DNA from: Raillietiella orientalis
Lineage: Eukaryota
Assembly: GCA_036172245.1 (NCBI GenBank)
Contig: JAYWIR010000109.1
Coordinates: forward strand, 1 to 64,000
DNA length: 64,000 bases
Reading direction: 5' to 3'
The notes under the pieces are model-generated. The model worked only from the letters and a program-made list of their open reading frames with translations. It had not been told where the DNA came from and made no database searches. Position numbers and translations under genes: made by a program. This document shows, one piece after another, positions 1 through 12,900 of this stretch. Within the stretch, counting starts at the first letter, position 1. The number at the start of each line of letters is the position of its first letter.

Positions 1-3000
1 GATCCGGGAGTGGTGAGGATATCCTCCTTGCCAACGTTCTTGAATTCCTCGCAGCGTATGCTGTTTCCTCCTGCAGGTGGGTTCGATGGTAAACCATTCT
101 TCTTCTCGACCTTGCAGCGCAGTCATCGGACCTTTCGAGTTGCTTATCAACAACGAATAGGTTTTTTGCGTTGCATATGGCAAGTCGTCCCAATGAGCAG
201 CAATATCCAGGAGGTGTCGCGTTTCCATAATCTCCATGGAGTTTTCCACCGACTTCATCCCGGAACCGCCTTCCTTCTTTGGATGACATAAGGGTTTCAG
301 TCTGACCCTCGGTCGGTATCCACCTTAAAGGGTTTTTCTCTGCTACTTGTCCACTTCTCTGCGGGTGTTTTTGTCCAATCTGCTAATGGCCGTTCCAAAG
401 AGTATCTTTGGAAGGAGTACTCCGTTCCAAAGATTAGCTCTCAGCTTCATGTTACACCATCTCGATATACCGGAGTATACGAGAATGGTGAAGGTAACCT
501 CTTCTCTATTCCTGGATTCTTTGCAAGGTAACTCTGGGCCGCTGGTATATCCAGCTCCTCGTGTCCGGGGGCACTCGGAGCATCCAGGGGATCACCAGCA
601 TGTATTTCTTCTGCCAGGGTTCCTTGCTTCTAGGGACGATCTTCAGTTAGTGCTTCCGCACCAACTGTTGTTTCCTTCTCCAGGTGGGATCGATGGTCAC
701 CAAACCCCTGCTAGGCTTAGTAGTGCAGTCTTCGGACCCTTCCAGTTGTTTAGCAACAACGAGTAGGCCCTGTGCGCCGCATAAGACCAGTCGTCCCAGT
801 GAGCAGCAATATCCAGGATTTCTCTCGTATCCATGATTTCCACGGAGTGGCCCTCCGCTTCATGTTGAAGTCCGTCCGCGTGTACTTTGTTGCTTCCTCT
901 GCTGTCTTCCCCAGGATTTCGGTCCATAACAGCTTCGACGCGGAGTCTTCGAGGATATGGACTCCCAGGTACTTGGCGTTGTCCACCGTTCGGAGTCCTC
1001 TCCCCGTGAGTGCGGAGAGATCCAGGATTCTGACGGGCAAAAGTTGGCTCTTCTAGGATTGATTCTCAAGCCCAATCCTTCTTCCATCAGCTCCACCACA
1101 TCCAGAAACACATGTTGATCTTGTTTTTCCTTGATGAAGAAGAGATCGTCCGCGTAAGCCAGATGGGTGAGCTTCTGGTCGTCGATGGTGATCCCTCGAA
1201 GGCGTCCACTTCTCTCGATGAAAGATGAGAGAGCCTCCATGTAGATGATAGACAGCATAGGACTCGGCGAATCTCCCTGGCGGACTCTCGTTCCATCCGG
1301 ATAGCTGGTATTTCCTCTCCATTGATCTTCATGAAGTGTTGCTCGTCGAGTATCATCCTCATGAAGGTGCTGAAGTATTTCGGGAGGCCCAGTTTTCCTA
1401 GAATCTTCAGCAGCATCTCATAGTCAATGGTATCGAAGGCCTTCTCCATGTCAGTGAACACCAGCACCAGGTTCTCGCCGACGTATCGGCTAAGTCCCAC
1501 GGTGGCCTGGACACACTTGACATTTTCCGACATATGACGTCCGGCACCGCGCATGTCTGGAACGGAGAAATTAGCTTCGCCATGACCTTGCCTAAGCGGT
1601 TGGCCCAGATCTGCGCCAACCACTTGGCATCAGAGTTGGGGACTGAGATTGGCCTCCATTGGGTAACCTTGGTCAGGTCACTTCCTTTCGGCAACAATCT
1701 CATCCTACTCTCGTAGAAGGATGCAGGTAGTCTTCCTTCTTGTCGGATGCAGAGGGTCAGCTGGTGGAACAAGCGCAGGTAGGCGTACAGTTACCGCTGA
1801 CAGTGCCTGATGGAGACACGGTCAGGGACTGCCGCCACATCCTTGCGTAGTTCCGAGAACGCCGCCTTCACCTCGTCTTCGGAGAAGTCCTCTTCGACTT
1901 TGTTCCGTTAGAGCTCGTCGATTTTCTTGCCGATGGTTTTCAAAAAGGCGTTTTGTGTCGCCGGACACGGATGTTGCCGCCGAAAGTGTTTCGTGTAGTG
2001 CCTTTGAAAGACGATGTTTTCCGACGTGTGCCGGCTGTGGCCGTCGTACTGGACACAGAAGATGTCCGTTGCCAGATTTTTCTTCTCCAGCACGCCGACT
2101 TCCCCTTTGATGTTCTTGAAGACCTACTGCCTCTCGTACTGTTCCCAGTACTTGGAAAGGGAACGATCTTGGATGTTCTGCTCTCGGTACGCTTCTTGCC
2201 TGAGTCGCTTGTCCCCATACTGCATGTTGCAGAATAGATGGACGCGATGCTTCAGACTGTCCCAGTCGGCGACTCTGTTAATGGTGGTGGTCTTCAGAAT
2301 CGCCTCGATGACTTCCTGATGACAGGGAAGCATCTCGAACCAGGTGGGCATGCAGATGAGCACCTCCCTTGTGTTCTGCTTCCGCCGAGGATTTTCCGTC
2401 CTTAGGGAAAACCGCACCAAAAGGTGGTCGGACACAGGGTCGGACACAGGGTCACGAAAACCTTGAATGCAGTTCCCTTTTCGATGCTGCGAAAGACGTG
2501 TTCGATCGGCTTGTGGCTAGCTGTTCGCCACAGAAGTCCGAACTCGTCGGACAGCCGTCGATACGCTGTTCTGCCTCTGGCGTCCTGGGAATGGGTGATT
2601 TCAACCAGGATATTCAGATCGCCTGCAACCATCACGATGTCCTTGGGTGCGACCTTTTCTCGCAGAGCTGCATGTAGAGCTTTCTCACACCGATGTTTTT
2701 GCTTGTGTGGTCCGTACACGCTCATCAGAAAGAGGTGAATAGTAGCGGACCAGGACAGTCGTACGCCGAGTATTCGTCCCGGCATGAGACAGACTTCCAG
2801 GATTGTGGGGGCCAGCTCGTTCTTTACTACCATCGTCACTTCCTCTGTGTTTCTCTGTCCCTCGCTGACGATCATTTGGGTGTTCAGGCGACGTTCCATT
2901 TCTAGGCTCATCTGATGACCCAACCTGTGGGCCTCTTGAAGACACACGATATCTTGATGTGCGATGGTCCGCACAATCCTTTTTCGTTTTTCCTGTCGAT

Positions 3001-3063
3001 TAGTCCATTGACATTCCAGGAGGCGATCTTGATCCTCCTGGCGGTGGACAAGGACGAGACCAT
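1..3063 (-). pseudogene. Retrotransposon ORF2 remnant (APE endonuclease and reverse transcriptase)
   Basis: ATG at 3063 reads MVSSLSTARRIKIASWNVNGL and overlaps the ORF1 end. Endonuclease motifs at ~2400-3030; RT motifs at ~950-1770 with YADD near 1146-1157. Multiple frameshifts. Confidence 0.92.
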
Positions 3064-4930
3064 AAAGGGGTTTTTATTTCTTCGCCTTCCTTAGCTTCTT
3101 CTGACGAGGAGACAGCTGGAGTCTCCCGGAAGAAGAAGGCTTCTCGCTGCCGGCGTCGCTCTCCGGTGAAGTCCGTAGATTCGACCTCCTCGGTGGAATG
3201 TTCCGCCTTTGCGATTGTTTTGCGTAAGAGCGTCTCCAGGCTCACCATCGCACAGTAATTCGCCTTGACGTCGAGAAGCTTGATCTCCAGCTTCTCGCAT
3301 TCGGCCGCTTCCACGAGTTGATTTATGTCCTCCTGCACCTCACAGATTCGCCGCAGGAGTTGTTCCTGCTGCTCCCCGCTTGGTTCCTGTCGGGCTTGTT
3401 CCGTCAGCTTCGCCACCTCTTCGGTTATTTGCAGGGTTTCTTGCGTCACTGGGGCTCCGCTACCTCCATTTTCTTGCCTTCCTCTGCAACTTCTGGTATT
3501 TGCGGCTTTTCGGAGGGTTCTTGCTCCTTGGTGAGCAACCTCCTCTTGCCCTTTGCTCACTTCAACGAAGCTGTCCGCAGAATCTGGAACGACCTCCCCC
3601 GCCTTCCTCGGCCTTTCTACTTGCTTTTGAGGATGTTCGTCCCCCTCCTTCAGAATTTTCTCCTGCACGGGGGAGAGCCCTCGTATGGTACGCCGATTGG
3701 CGTACTCCGGGCAGCTCCACATCGCGTGCCCCGGAGCCTTGCAAAAGGCACACACCTCACTCAGGTTCTTGGTAGTTTCACACTTGGTGCCCATGCTTGG
3801 CGCAGCGGAAGCACCAAGATCGCGGACAAGCACTGACCCTGTGGCCAAAGTGTTTGCATCGTGTACAGAATGCCGGTTGTTGTCGGTATCTGACATAAAC
3901 CTCCTGGGAGTCCCCGTCGACGTGGGCGAGTCCCGGAATCTTCGTCTCCTCGAAAAGCTTAATTTTTGCGACGGCATCGCCGGAGAACACCTTTCTGGAG
4001 TAGTTCTGGAACTCCAGATCCAGAACTTCCCCGTACTTGGCGAGGAAACTCCACGCCGTTTGCTTGCTGGTGGTCACGCAGACACCACCCAGAAACACCG
4101 TCGTATACGGCATTTCTCCGATGCCGCGAACCAATTCCCTGAATATTTATGCCCTTTTTGATTAGGGCCTCGATGAGGGGTTCACTGTCGGTATACAGCG
4201 TGAACCCCGTCGTGCTTGGTATCTCTTTGCGGCCTTTTGGCTAAGATCAAAGTGTGGCTTAGGACATGGGGCTTGGACATGGTCGAAGTCCACGTTCTCC
4301 TTGTAGAGGGCTAAATACACCTCTTTGATGTTATTTATGCGGATTAATCCCGTCTTGAATGTAACCGGCTTCACGTTTGGCCCTATGCGAACCATGGGCT
4401 CTTCAACATTTTCCACTTTCCCTCTTTCCGGCTTTCCAAAAGTGCGTTGCGGCTGGGCGTTGGAAATTGTCCGCCGCCACCGCCGCGTACGAGAATGGCC
4501 ACGTTGCCCTAGACGCACAAGATGGCGTCACATCCTCCGAACTCACCGCCACGTGGGAGGTCCTAGGTCGCGCCGCTGGCTCCGCCGCGAGCGTAACCCG
4601 TGACGACGCCGTCGCACAATCGCCGGACGCTACCCCCATCTGCTGGGGTGGCATCGGCCTCTCCTCCACCTACTGCTCCGCTTGCATCCTAGCAGCGGGT
4701 TGGTGAACTCCTGCCGCCGATGTGGGATGCAAGTCCACCGTGGAACCGCTGCTGCTGCTGCTGGTGGTGGTGGTGTAAGTCCTCCCCTGCACTCTCACTG
4801 GTGGGTGAGAGGAGTCACAGTCACTTCTCACTGCCTTTGGGTTGGGCGTTTGCCCGCTCGGGGCACACAAAAATTGCCGCGGCAGTGGTATTACATACTG
4901 CCTTGGAGGAGTATTGGGTAAAGTTTTCAA
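3000..4930 (-). pseudogene. Retrotransposon ORF1 remnant (RRM-like region, three CCHC zinc knuckles, coiled-coil-like tail)
   Basis: ORF pieces 4670-4930, 4403-4669, 4162-4518, 3778-4134 (CTRCKHFGHRVSAC, CFRCAKHGH) and 3000-3977 (CAFCKAPGHAMWSC), split across frames. Confidence 0.85.
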
Positions 4931-5579
4931 CTAGCAATAACCGCGCCTCCCTTTCGTTCAGCGGCCGCGATACTGCCCGTTCCATTTCTCGCCAATTCTC
5001 TTGTGCTTCACTGCCCTTCGTTCGTGTCGCCTCCCCTGTCGAGCACAGGACTCGATTCCTCCCCCTCGCGCGGTGGCCACGCGCGCCGCCCGGACAACGG
5101 CATCCCCTGGACTGCCCGCAGCAGCTTATTCCTGCCGCGTGTTCACCTTTGTTCGTCGCTCAGTCGCATCCCTGGTGCGGTCAGGCTGCGGTCCCACGCA
5201 GAGGAAGAGATCCGGTTTTCCATGTCGCTCTGCGCCTCGAGCTTCCTCGTTTTCCTCCATCTGTAAGAGTAGCTCGGGATGCTGGGTGATTCTGGAGCTG
5301 CGGCTAAGCGCTACGAACCGGGGAAGAAGGAAGGAAACTCGTCAGTCTTAGGGATACGAATCCGATCTTCACCCTGGGAATCTGCTGTGCTAAGAAACGA
5401 GAGGATGGTCGAGATGTGGCAGCTCCCGTTTCCGTGCTTTCCCCTTGGACTTGAGGAAGAGATGGGGAAAGGCACGCCGAGTGAGAACTCAGGGAGAGCT
5501 GAGGTTCGCCGAGGGGTCCAGAGCAGGCGCTCTCGGCTAGTGAACCCGAGATGTCAACCCGATTTCGAAAGATCATTGT

Positions 5580-5980
5580 AAAAAAAAAATACAAGTCCTT
5601 ATCATACAAAGGTTAACGTACAAATTTAGTCTAACATAAAATGCTAATATTTATCACCAGTAATATCGTAAGATGTGTATACAAATGTATATTTGTATTA
5701 ACATACACATTATTACTTTAACTAATGAACTACTTATTACATTGAAGATTATAAAACAAATATGTTTATTATCTATACGAAGACATAAATATCCATGCTG
5801 ATATATGTATGTCAGCATGTATATTTATGTTTTATAATCCTAAAAATGCACATAATCTATATATTTATGTACATATTAGCATATAGATTTATTTTTTTCC
5901 TAATCTAAAAGGAAAATATAGATATATACTAGGCATATCATTAATCATATGAATAATATTGATGTTAATACATATTTGTA
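5580..5980. repeat. Very AT-rich block, resembling the degenerate repeat at 45185-46600; contains a 48-nt near-perfect palindrome (5783-5830)
   Basis: Abrupt compositional boundaries; shares words such as cagtaatat..gatgtgtat and tgaagattataa with the 45-46 kb block. Confidence 0.55.
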
Positions 5981-6209
5981 CGGTTTTGTCACCGCCAAAT
6001 ACCTGCCGGAGAGAAGATTAGCAAAGACTTGCCGGGTGACAGACGAGGACGTCACTACTCGTACCATCCTCCTAGCCTCGAGGCAGTTTCTCCTTTGAGG
6101 ACCGCTTCCCCGAATGCATGCGCGAGTGAGAACCGTTGACTGACGGGTAGCGAGCGCGCCAGGGTGCCCGACAGAGCGACAGAAAGGTGGCTTTAACGAT
6201 ATGTTCTCC

Positions 6210-6328
6210 GTTTACGGCCACACCACGCTGAAAGCACCGTCTCTCGTTCGATCGGCGAAGTTAAGCAGCGTCGGGCCCGGTCAGTACTTGGATGGGCGAC
6301 CGCCTGGGAACCCCGGGTGCCGTGAACG
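6210..6328 (+). rRNA. 5S rRNA: 5S ribosomal RNA gene (single copy in window)
   Basis: GTTTACGGCCACACCACGCTGAAAGCACCG...GAAGTTAAGCAGCG...AGTACTTGGATGGGCGACCGCCTGGGAA...GTGCCGTGAAC, ~119 nt. The 5' GTTTACGGC pairs with the 3' GCCGTGAAC (helix I); box A and box C are recognisable. Confidence 0.97.
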
Positions 6329-6332
6329 CCCC

Positions 6333-6337
6333 TTTTT
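6333..6337 (+). terminator. RNA polymerase III oligo-T terminator of the 5S gene
   Basis: TTTTT a few nt after the 5S 3' end. Confidence 0.85.
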
Positions 6338-8940
6338 GGTGGCCGTCACCCTCGATTCGGACGTACGCGAAGACGGGAGCCACCGTCCGGGAGCGGCTGG
6401 AGAAGACGCGCAGTCCTGGACGGCGCGGCGCGGGCGCCAAACGGGCGCCTTCCTTGCGGGGACAACCGGAGGAGCACTTGAGACGGGGGATGCACTCCAA
6501 GGACGCCGGGCACAACGGACCCGGCAGGCGCTCACTCTCTTCAGCCTGGGTCCACAACCCCTCCGGCGTTCGTTTGCCACCTTGCAGAGCATCCATCTTT
6601 TGCCGGGATGAGAACGCCTGTGCCACTGCTCGTGCCATCTTCATGACCGCGAGGTAGTTCCTCCCAAGGAATCCGCTGCTTCCGTGTTGTCTTCGGGAGG
6701 TGGGGCCCCGCTCTTGGGCACTTGTGGGCGGCGGCACGAGAAGGCGCCGAACGGAGCCAAGGACGAACGGCGTGCCTGCTGCTCGTCTCCCGGACGACGC
6801 AGGCAGTGGGGCTGAACGGCGAGCGCTACGGCCTTGCAGCGCGTCGAGAGGGGTTAACCCTGGGAGGTAGTAGATGTACCTCGCCCTTCGCAACCGCGGG
6901 AATCCGAAGGGCTATATTTACGGAACTCCAGCGGGTTAGTGCCCTTTTTGCCCCTGGGACAGAGGTTTTGCTGGCAAACTCGGAGGTCGTTCCCCGGCAT
7001 GCCCTGAGGCTTTAGGGGAGGAGGACACGAACGGCGCGCCGCCCTCGCCTTAGCCAAGGAGGCTGCACACGGCAGAAGAAGACGCTGCGGTCCAGACGCT
7101 TCGTCCCTGCGAGGGTGGGAGGATTGGTCGCTGTACCTTTGCAGCCGGAATTTCCTTGAGGCACAGAGCTGCTGGGCGTCGAGCTGCGCCACCTTGTCCT
7201 CGTGCCCTCCACTGGAGGACTCGCCACCTTGGGCGGAAGAATCGGTCAAGAGTCACTTGGATTCGACGCTCCGTTGCGGATCTCCTGGATTGGTGCTCGC
7301 GGAAGGGATTGGGCGATGCATCCCAGTGGAGGGTGGTCACGCCCCCAGGGCTATAGGCAAGGAAGGTGGAGTCTGCGTGACCCGGGGGAGGCGAAGGCGG
7401 TCGGTGCTTGCCTCCTTTTGCTGCCGTAGCAACTTCCCCCGCAGGAGTCCTGCGATCGGGGTGGCCGATTTCACCTACGCCGGATGACCTCAAGAATGAC
7501 CCGGCGCCTGCCCCGGGGGCGCTCCATGCCAGCAGACCGGTTTCCGAGCAGGGACTGCTCCTACCTGGGAAGAGTCCCGGAAGTGGGATCCTCTGCTCAC
7601 CAGGGGGTCACTGGACTCACCTCTACGCTTGCCAGTGGCCTTTCTCTTTAGACACGAACGGGCGTGGAACGCCAGCGTCAACCTCAGCGCCGCCGGAAGC
7701 TAAGTGATCAGCTGAAGAAGATCCAAGGTGTGTGCCATCTCTGATGACGGTAGGTCTCCGAGGACACTGCCGGCGCGAGAGCTGACACTTCCTTCCGAAG
7801 AAGTTCTGAATCCCGAAATCCAAATCCCATGAGGCTGACCTGGAGAAAGGTCACTGCCGGGACACGTCCACCCTCTCCCTTACCGACCATGGGGCAGCCT
7901 GGAGAAGGCTGATCGGGTCCCGAACCGTCCTCCGGGGAAGCTGGGATAGCGCTTTGCTCTTCGAACCCCCAAACACTCTGGAGAAAGCTTCCGTCACTAG
8001 TGAGAGCAGGTTGCCTGGAAACAGCTACTCCTCCTTTGGTCGGAAACCCGACGCCATCAGGAAGCTGACTCCATGCTGCTCCATCATCAGCGGACACAGC
8101 GCCGCTTCCAAGGTAGCGGCCTACCAATTCTTCCGGGAAAAACGGAGCTCCGGAGGGACACCGCTTGGCAATCGTCTTTCCTCTGTGGGATTTGAATGTC
8201 CATCCGTAGGAATAGGCATCCAGAACGACCACAGGCCCTCCCCTCTGAGCGGGCGATCCGTCAGGGGCAGACGGCCGGGCGAGAAAGGTGTGGCCACCGT
8301 ACACCCAACCTGTCGGAGCTTCCTACCTGGGCGGCGCGCTATCAGCGTCAGAGGCAACCGGCTTCTTAGCAGCGGATCCTCCGTAGGTGCCGAACTTCCA
8401 GCCGGTGTGCGGCGAATACATGGGCTCTGCAGAGGTGTAAGTGGGTGGCCTCAGGGCAGGTCCTCCTGCAAAACCGTTGTGACCCGGGTCACCGCGAGGG
8501 AGCATCCCAGAAGGCGCGACTGGTTCCAAGCGACCCCCGGGTGGAGATAGCCCCAAGGAAGCGGCGTACGCCGACAGCATTTCAGGTCCACCCGGTCCTG
8601 GCAATGGCGAAGGCAGGGGAGCATCAGTGGTTGCTACGAGCGCTGGACGGAGCTGGCAAACCTCGATTGAATCCTTCCGTCGCTCCAGGCTGATAGGCCG
8701 CTTGCTGGGGATAAACAGGGTGTACCCGTCTCCGCAGAGCGTTCTGGTGCCTCCCGAAGGCGCTGCCTGGAGCTCCGGCATGGCCGGTATCAAGAATCAC
8801 AAGCATCGCGGCGCAGGAGATTCGGTGCCAAAACCTTCAGAAGAGTTCGAAACGTGCGGAAGCGTCCCTGCGGGAGAAGGAAGGAATTGCAGAGACGAAC
8901 GGCAATGCCTCTGCCCCCGATGCAGGCGCGTTCCCAATAA

Positions 8941-9122
8941 ATAGATAAATAGATAGATGAATGGATAGACTGATGAATGGTAGAACGGACGGATAGATGG
9001 ATGGATGGATGGATGGATGGATGGATGGATGGATGGATGGATGGATGGATGGATAGATGGATAGATGGATGGATGGATGGATAAATGGATGGATGGATGG
9101 ATGGATAGATAGATAGATAGAT
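8941..9122. repeat. (GGAT)n/(GATA)n compound tetranucleotide microsatellite
   Basis: Long ggatggat run flanked by gata units, read directly. Confidence 0.97.
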
Positions 9123-9830
9123 ATACATGTTAACATGAGTGTGTATATGTTGATTAAGGTGCCTGTGAGGCAGTGCCGCCGAAACTGCATTAGAAGGGAA
9201 TGCGGTACCCTTGATGAACTGTATGGCGGCGACCGTTGGTGATCTGTCAGGCCGTCCATACCTCCGAATTTTCTTTTCTCTTTTTTGGACCGCCAAGTAC
9301 TGAAGAGTCGTTCGACCAACGGAGCTCTTTGGCGCCTCCTGCGCTACCCAAGAGTGCGTGCTACTCTTCAAGTTATAGGGACAACTCCGTAGGGACCACC
9401 CTATGAATGAAAAAGGAAAGCTAGGAGGAAACAGTTTCTCACTCTTGAGCTTGGGAGGGAGTCCCGGAGGAACCTTCACCCTGTTTGTCTCCGGAAGGAA
9501 TCTTCAAGGAAAGCCAATTCTGGTTTCCTCCTCTGAAGAGGACCCCGAAGGGGACGACGCACTTCTTGCACTCTGCAGAGGCAACCCCCGAAGGGTGCAT
9601 CAACCAGCTCGCTGGCTCGGCCCCATTTGTGCAACTGGAGAAGAATCTTGAAGGACTCCTGGATTCTTGAAAGGGCCTCGGAGGGTCCACTTGCAATCCC
9701 GGAGGCCAGTCAGCGGGGCATCCGCATCCACCCAGTGCCACACTTGAGACCAACTGAGGCCAACCAGCGTCATCCTGCTAGGGGGACTCGACACTCACGA
9801 CGCATGTCCACTCCTCGGAGTCGATCCTTT

Positions 9831-9910
9831 CCCCGGGCAGGATTCGAACCCGCGCCGCCTGGTGCTGCTCGCGGAGGCCGCAGCCACAACGGCTGCCAAT
9901 GCGGGCTGAC
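9831..9910 (-). other. Degenerate tRNA-like sequence (T-arm/B-box); possible SINE head or tRNA pseudogene
   Basis: Minus strand GCGGG-TTCGAAT-CCTGC-CCGGGG forms a canonical T-arm; no convincing acceptor stem or anticodon arm. Confidence 0.4.
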
Positions 9911-12900
9911 GCTTCACTTTCGTCAGCCATCCTTAAAAGCCGCTCTGTTTTTATGGCCCTTGAAGCGAAATCAGATGTGAAAGGAAGAGGAAGGGTGGTG
10001 GCCCCTTTCCTCTCGGAGGCGGGCAGGAAGAAAATTCCATTCTTGCACGCATTTCTGTGAGGGACCCGAATATCTCGGTCGGATTCTAATGAGACGACTT
10101 GCTCCTTGAAGAAAATAGGAGAGACCCAAAACAATCGCCAGCCTCGGTGACTCACGCATGCTTTCGCCGATGCCCGGAGGGCCGGGTGCCACTGAAGGCA
10201 CTCGCTGTTCCGGAAATCTGCAAACCAGGTTTCCTGGGGGATGCGGGTTTTCGATTCGTTGATCCCGTGCTGCGTGACGAGAACACTCGATGATCTGCCC
10301 AGTGACAGCGGTCCCGTCCAATCTGGAGAGCGAGCAGGCTGCGCGAATGCTGCTGCAAGACTTGGTGCACAGGGAATGCATTCCTCATCGGAAATCCCAG
10401 ACTGCGACAAAACGATCTGACATCAGCGTTGCCATGGTTGATGATCTCTCGATGACACTTGGAGGTGGTACCACCTGCAGGTTTCGACCCGTCGAGTCTT
10501 CGCTGCCAACGAGACTGCTGAGGAAACCCCACCAACGCGTGACAGGCATCCAGAAAACGCACTGGAGGGGGAAACAGCATGCACCAAACTCAAATCCGAC
10601 AGTGGTTTCCCTTGGACATAAAGGATCCCTGGTTCCTCCCAAGACGGTGGTTCTTGCATTTTTAGAGAGAAGCATCACCGACTCGTCGCCAATCTCGAAG
10701 GTGGAAACGATCCAGCAGTGGTTGTTCCCAAGTTTGCAATTTTTCCGCGCTCTTAGCGTCAGCCTCTATTAGTGGTGCCATCTGAGGACCGAAAAGGAAT
10801 CCTTCCTGAGAAGTTTCGATCCTGTCCTTCATCCTGTATACGTTTCCTTGGATTACCTTCGGATGAATCCTTTCTCCTTCCCCTTCCATCCCCCCACGTG
10901 ATTCCCTCTGTTATCCACCTCTCCCAGAAAAACGTACGGGAACCCCGACCGCAACTTCCGTAGGAAGGAACGTAACGCCTCCTGCACGAAGCACCCTCCC
11001 GTGAGAAGTTGGGGTTCGAAACCACCGTCGCGCAGCCTTTTGCAACAGCGAGGTACGGCAGGAACCCCAGGACCGGGATCAGATGACTGGCCGCACGAAC
11101 CCTTCAGCGCCCACGTTTCTCTCCCGGTGCGCTCTCAGCAAAAGCGGCCTCCTCCCATTAGGAGGCAATTTTCCAGTCTGGCAACAAGTGGCACTCATGC
11201 CTCATGAATCCCATTTGCACGATGAGGTTTCTTTGTCCTCTCTTCCCCGGCTTCGCTCCCCGATTGCTCCATAGATCTCGGCCTCTTTCTTTCGAGTGTT
11301 TTTGTTTCTCCATCCCATCGCATTTACTGATGTCAGCATCGAAAAATTATGAGTGCAGCTCCATTTGTTCGTGTGAGGACTTGACGCTGTTTTAATTGTA
11401 GCTTGCAAGCAATGCCCGCGCAGCAATCGAATTTCCTGTAACAGTCGAGTTCCCATTCTTGAACTCGAATGCCCTATGCAAAATAGGGAAAGTGAAGCAA
11501 GTGTTTATTCGCCAGTGGTGTTTTTTTCTCACCGTCCGTTATTGGTGCGATTTCTGTCCGTTAATTCTAGGATTCGCGAGTTAAAAAAAGAAAAGAAATT
11601 GAGTCCGTGCCGAGGAATCTTTCTTAGGTTCCCTCATTCCTACATTCTTGCTTACGGAAAAAGTCGATCCAGTTCTTGTCGTTGGGCTGCTTGCTTTGGC
11701 ATGCAAGTAAGTCATCAAGGAAGATAGGATTCCGATGTGTTTGCTTTGGTACAGCTGCTTCGTGGCAACGCATCTTTCGAATTGTTCCTTTCCTTTGAGG
11801 CTTACTTGCTGCATTTGGGGGGAGAGTGTAGAAGGGAGAAGTGGGTTTCCAATCCTCCTGCACAAAATTCACTCCATGAAATGACATTGGATCTAACAAG
11901 GCAAGCATATCAGGGGATCGTTGGTGTTGGACTGGAATTTGCATAGATTTCATGAAGCTCCCACGAAAGGCGTCACCGGAGATCCCCTATTCCATAGCTT
12001 CCACTCTTGAAAGCGACTGTTCCCTCAAGTTTGCCCTTTCTGTTACCAGAAGTCGGTAATGTGGTTTTCTATTCAGTTTTAGCATGAGTATTCAAAGCAT
12101 ATACTCTAAGCGTTTGCCTTCTGGAAACGTGTCCTTTTTAAAGAACCGAGAATACAAGCATGGGAACACTGCATAGAAAAATGACCGCATTTCCCTCTTC
12201 GCTTTTCAGTTTCCGATACAAATGAGGACGCCGACGTGTTCCTACTGAGGTTGGAAACGGGATGTCCTGCCACTTCTGCATTGGGGAGGTTCTGGTGCAA
12301 CCAGCGCAGGAACCCGGTTTCCGGGGGAGTTGCCTCCCCGAACCGTCCTAGGATCGAATCGTTCCCGAAACTCTTGTTGGACTGCAGTGCCCTCGAGGGC
12401 ATTTCGCGGCGACTGGCTTTGGCGTTCCCTCAACCGGACACCGCTACGGACTTGAGCAAGGCGACGTGATTGCAACGAGATGCTGCATTCGTGCCAACGT
12501 CGCAGTCACCTCCGTGACGGAGTCTCGTTCGCAGCGAAGGGAGGCCACCAGCATGGCAGCCGCCTTAATGAGGACGGCTGCAAGGTGGCCTCACCTGCTA
12601 GAAGTCGCCAAGGAGACTGCCAGCATTCGGCGCCATCTCTATGAAGAAAGGAGCAGCTGAAACCAATGACCCCGCTCCTACCATATCCATTTTTTTTTTT
12701 TTTTTTTTACTGTATTTACTGTCCTTTCTCTCCTACCTCTTACTCTCTTAGAAGCCGGTCTGCAAACCGGTGGTCATCCCCAGTGAACTTTTTTTTTTGA
12801 GTGACTTATGGTTTTATTTTCAAAAAAAAAAAAAAAAGTCCCGGAGTGACCGGGTGCAAAACCAATGAGGACACTTGCCTGCAGGGAAGCACTGCATCGG

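Larger units (their letters stand above)
1..4930 (-). mobile_element. Decayed L1/Tx1-clade non-LTR retrotransposon (ORF1 gag-like; ORF2 APE endonuclease + RT); 3' end lies beyond the window edge, 5' end approximate
   Basis: Motifs in the expected order on the minus strand: SYAAVAA, three CCHC zinc knuckles, IKIASWNVNGL, DIVCLQEAH, VAGDLN, SDHLLV, WRPISVPNSDAKWLA, DMEKAFD, RGVRQGDSPSP, LAYADDL, YLGV, LCHPKKEGGSGM. Many frameshifts and stops. Confidence 0.93.

Noticed and set aside
7700..8130. Stop-codon reassignment to explain in-frame stops
   Set aside because: DIS3 ends in TAG, Gsx in TGA and the nested gene in TAA, and none has internal stops, so the standard code applies.
8790..9479. ORFs with IHPS repeats (229 aa and 160 aa)
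   Set aside because: They are translations of the (GGAT)n microsatellite.
9831..9910. Functional tRNA gene
   Set aside because: Only the T-arm is canonical; the acceptor and anticodon stems do not form.
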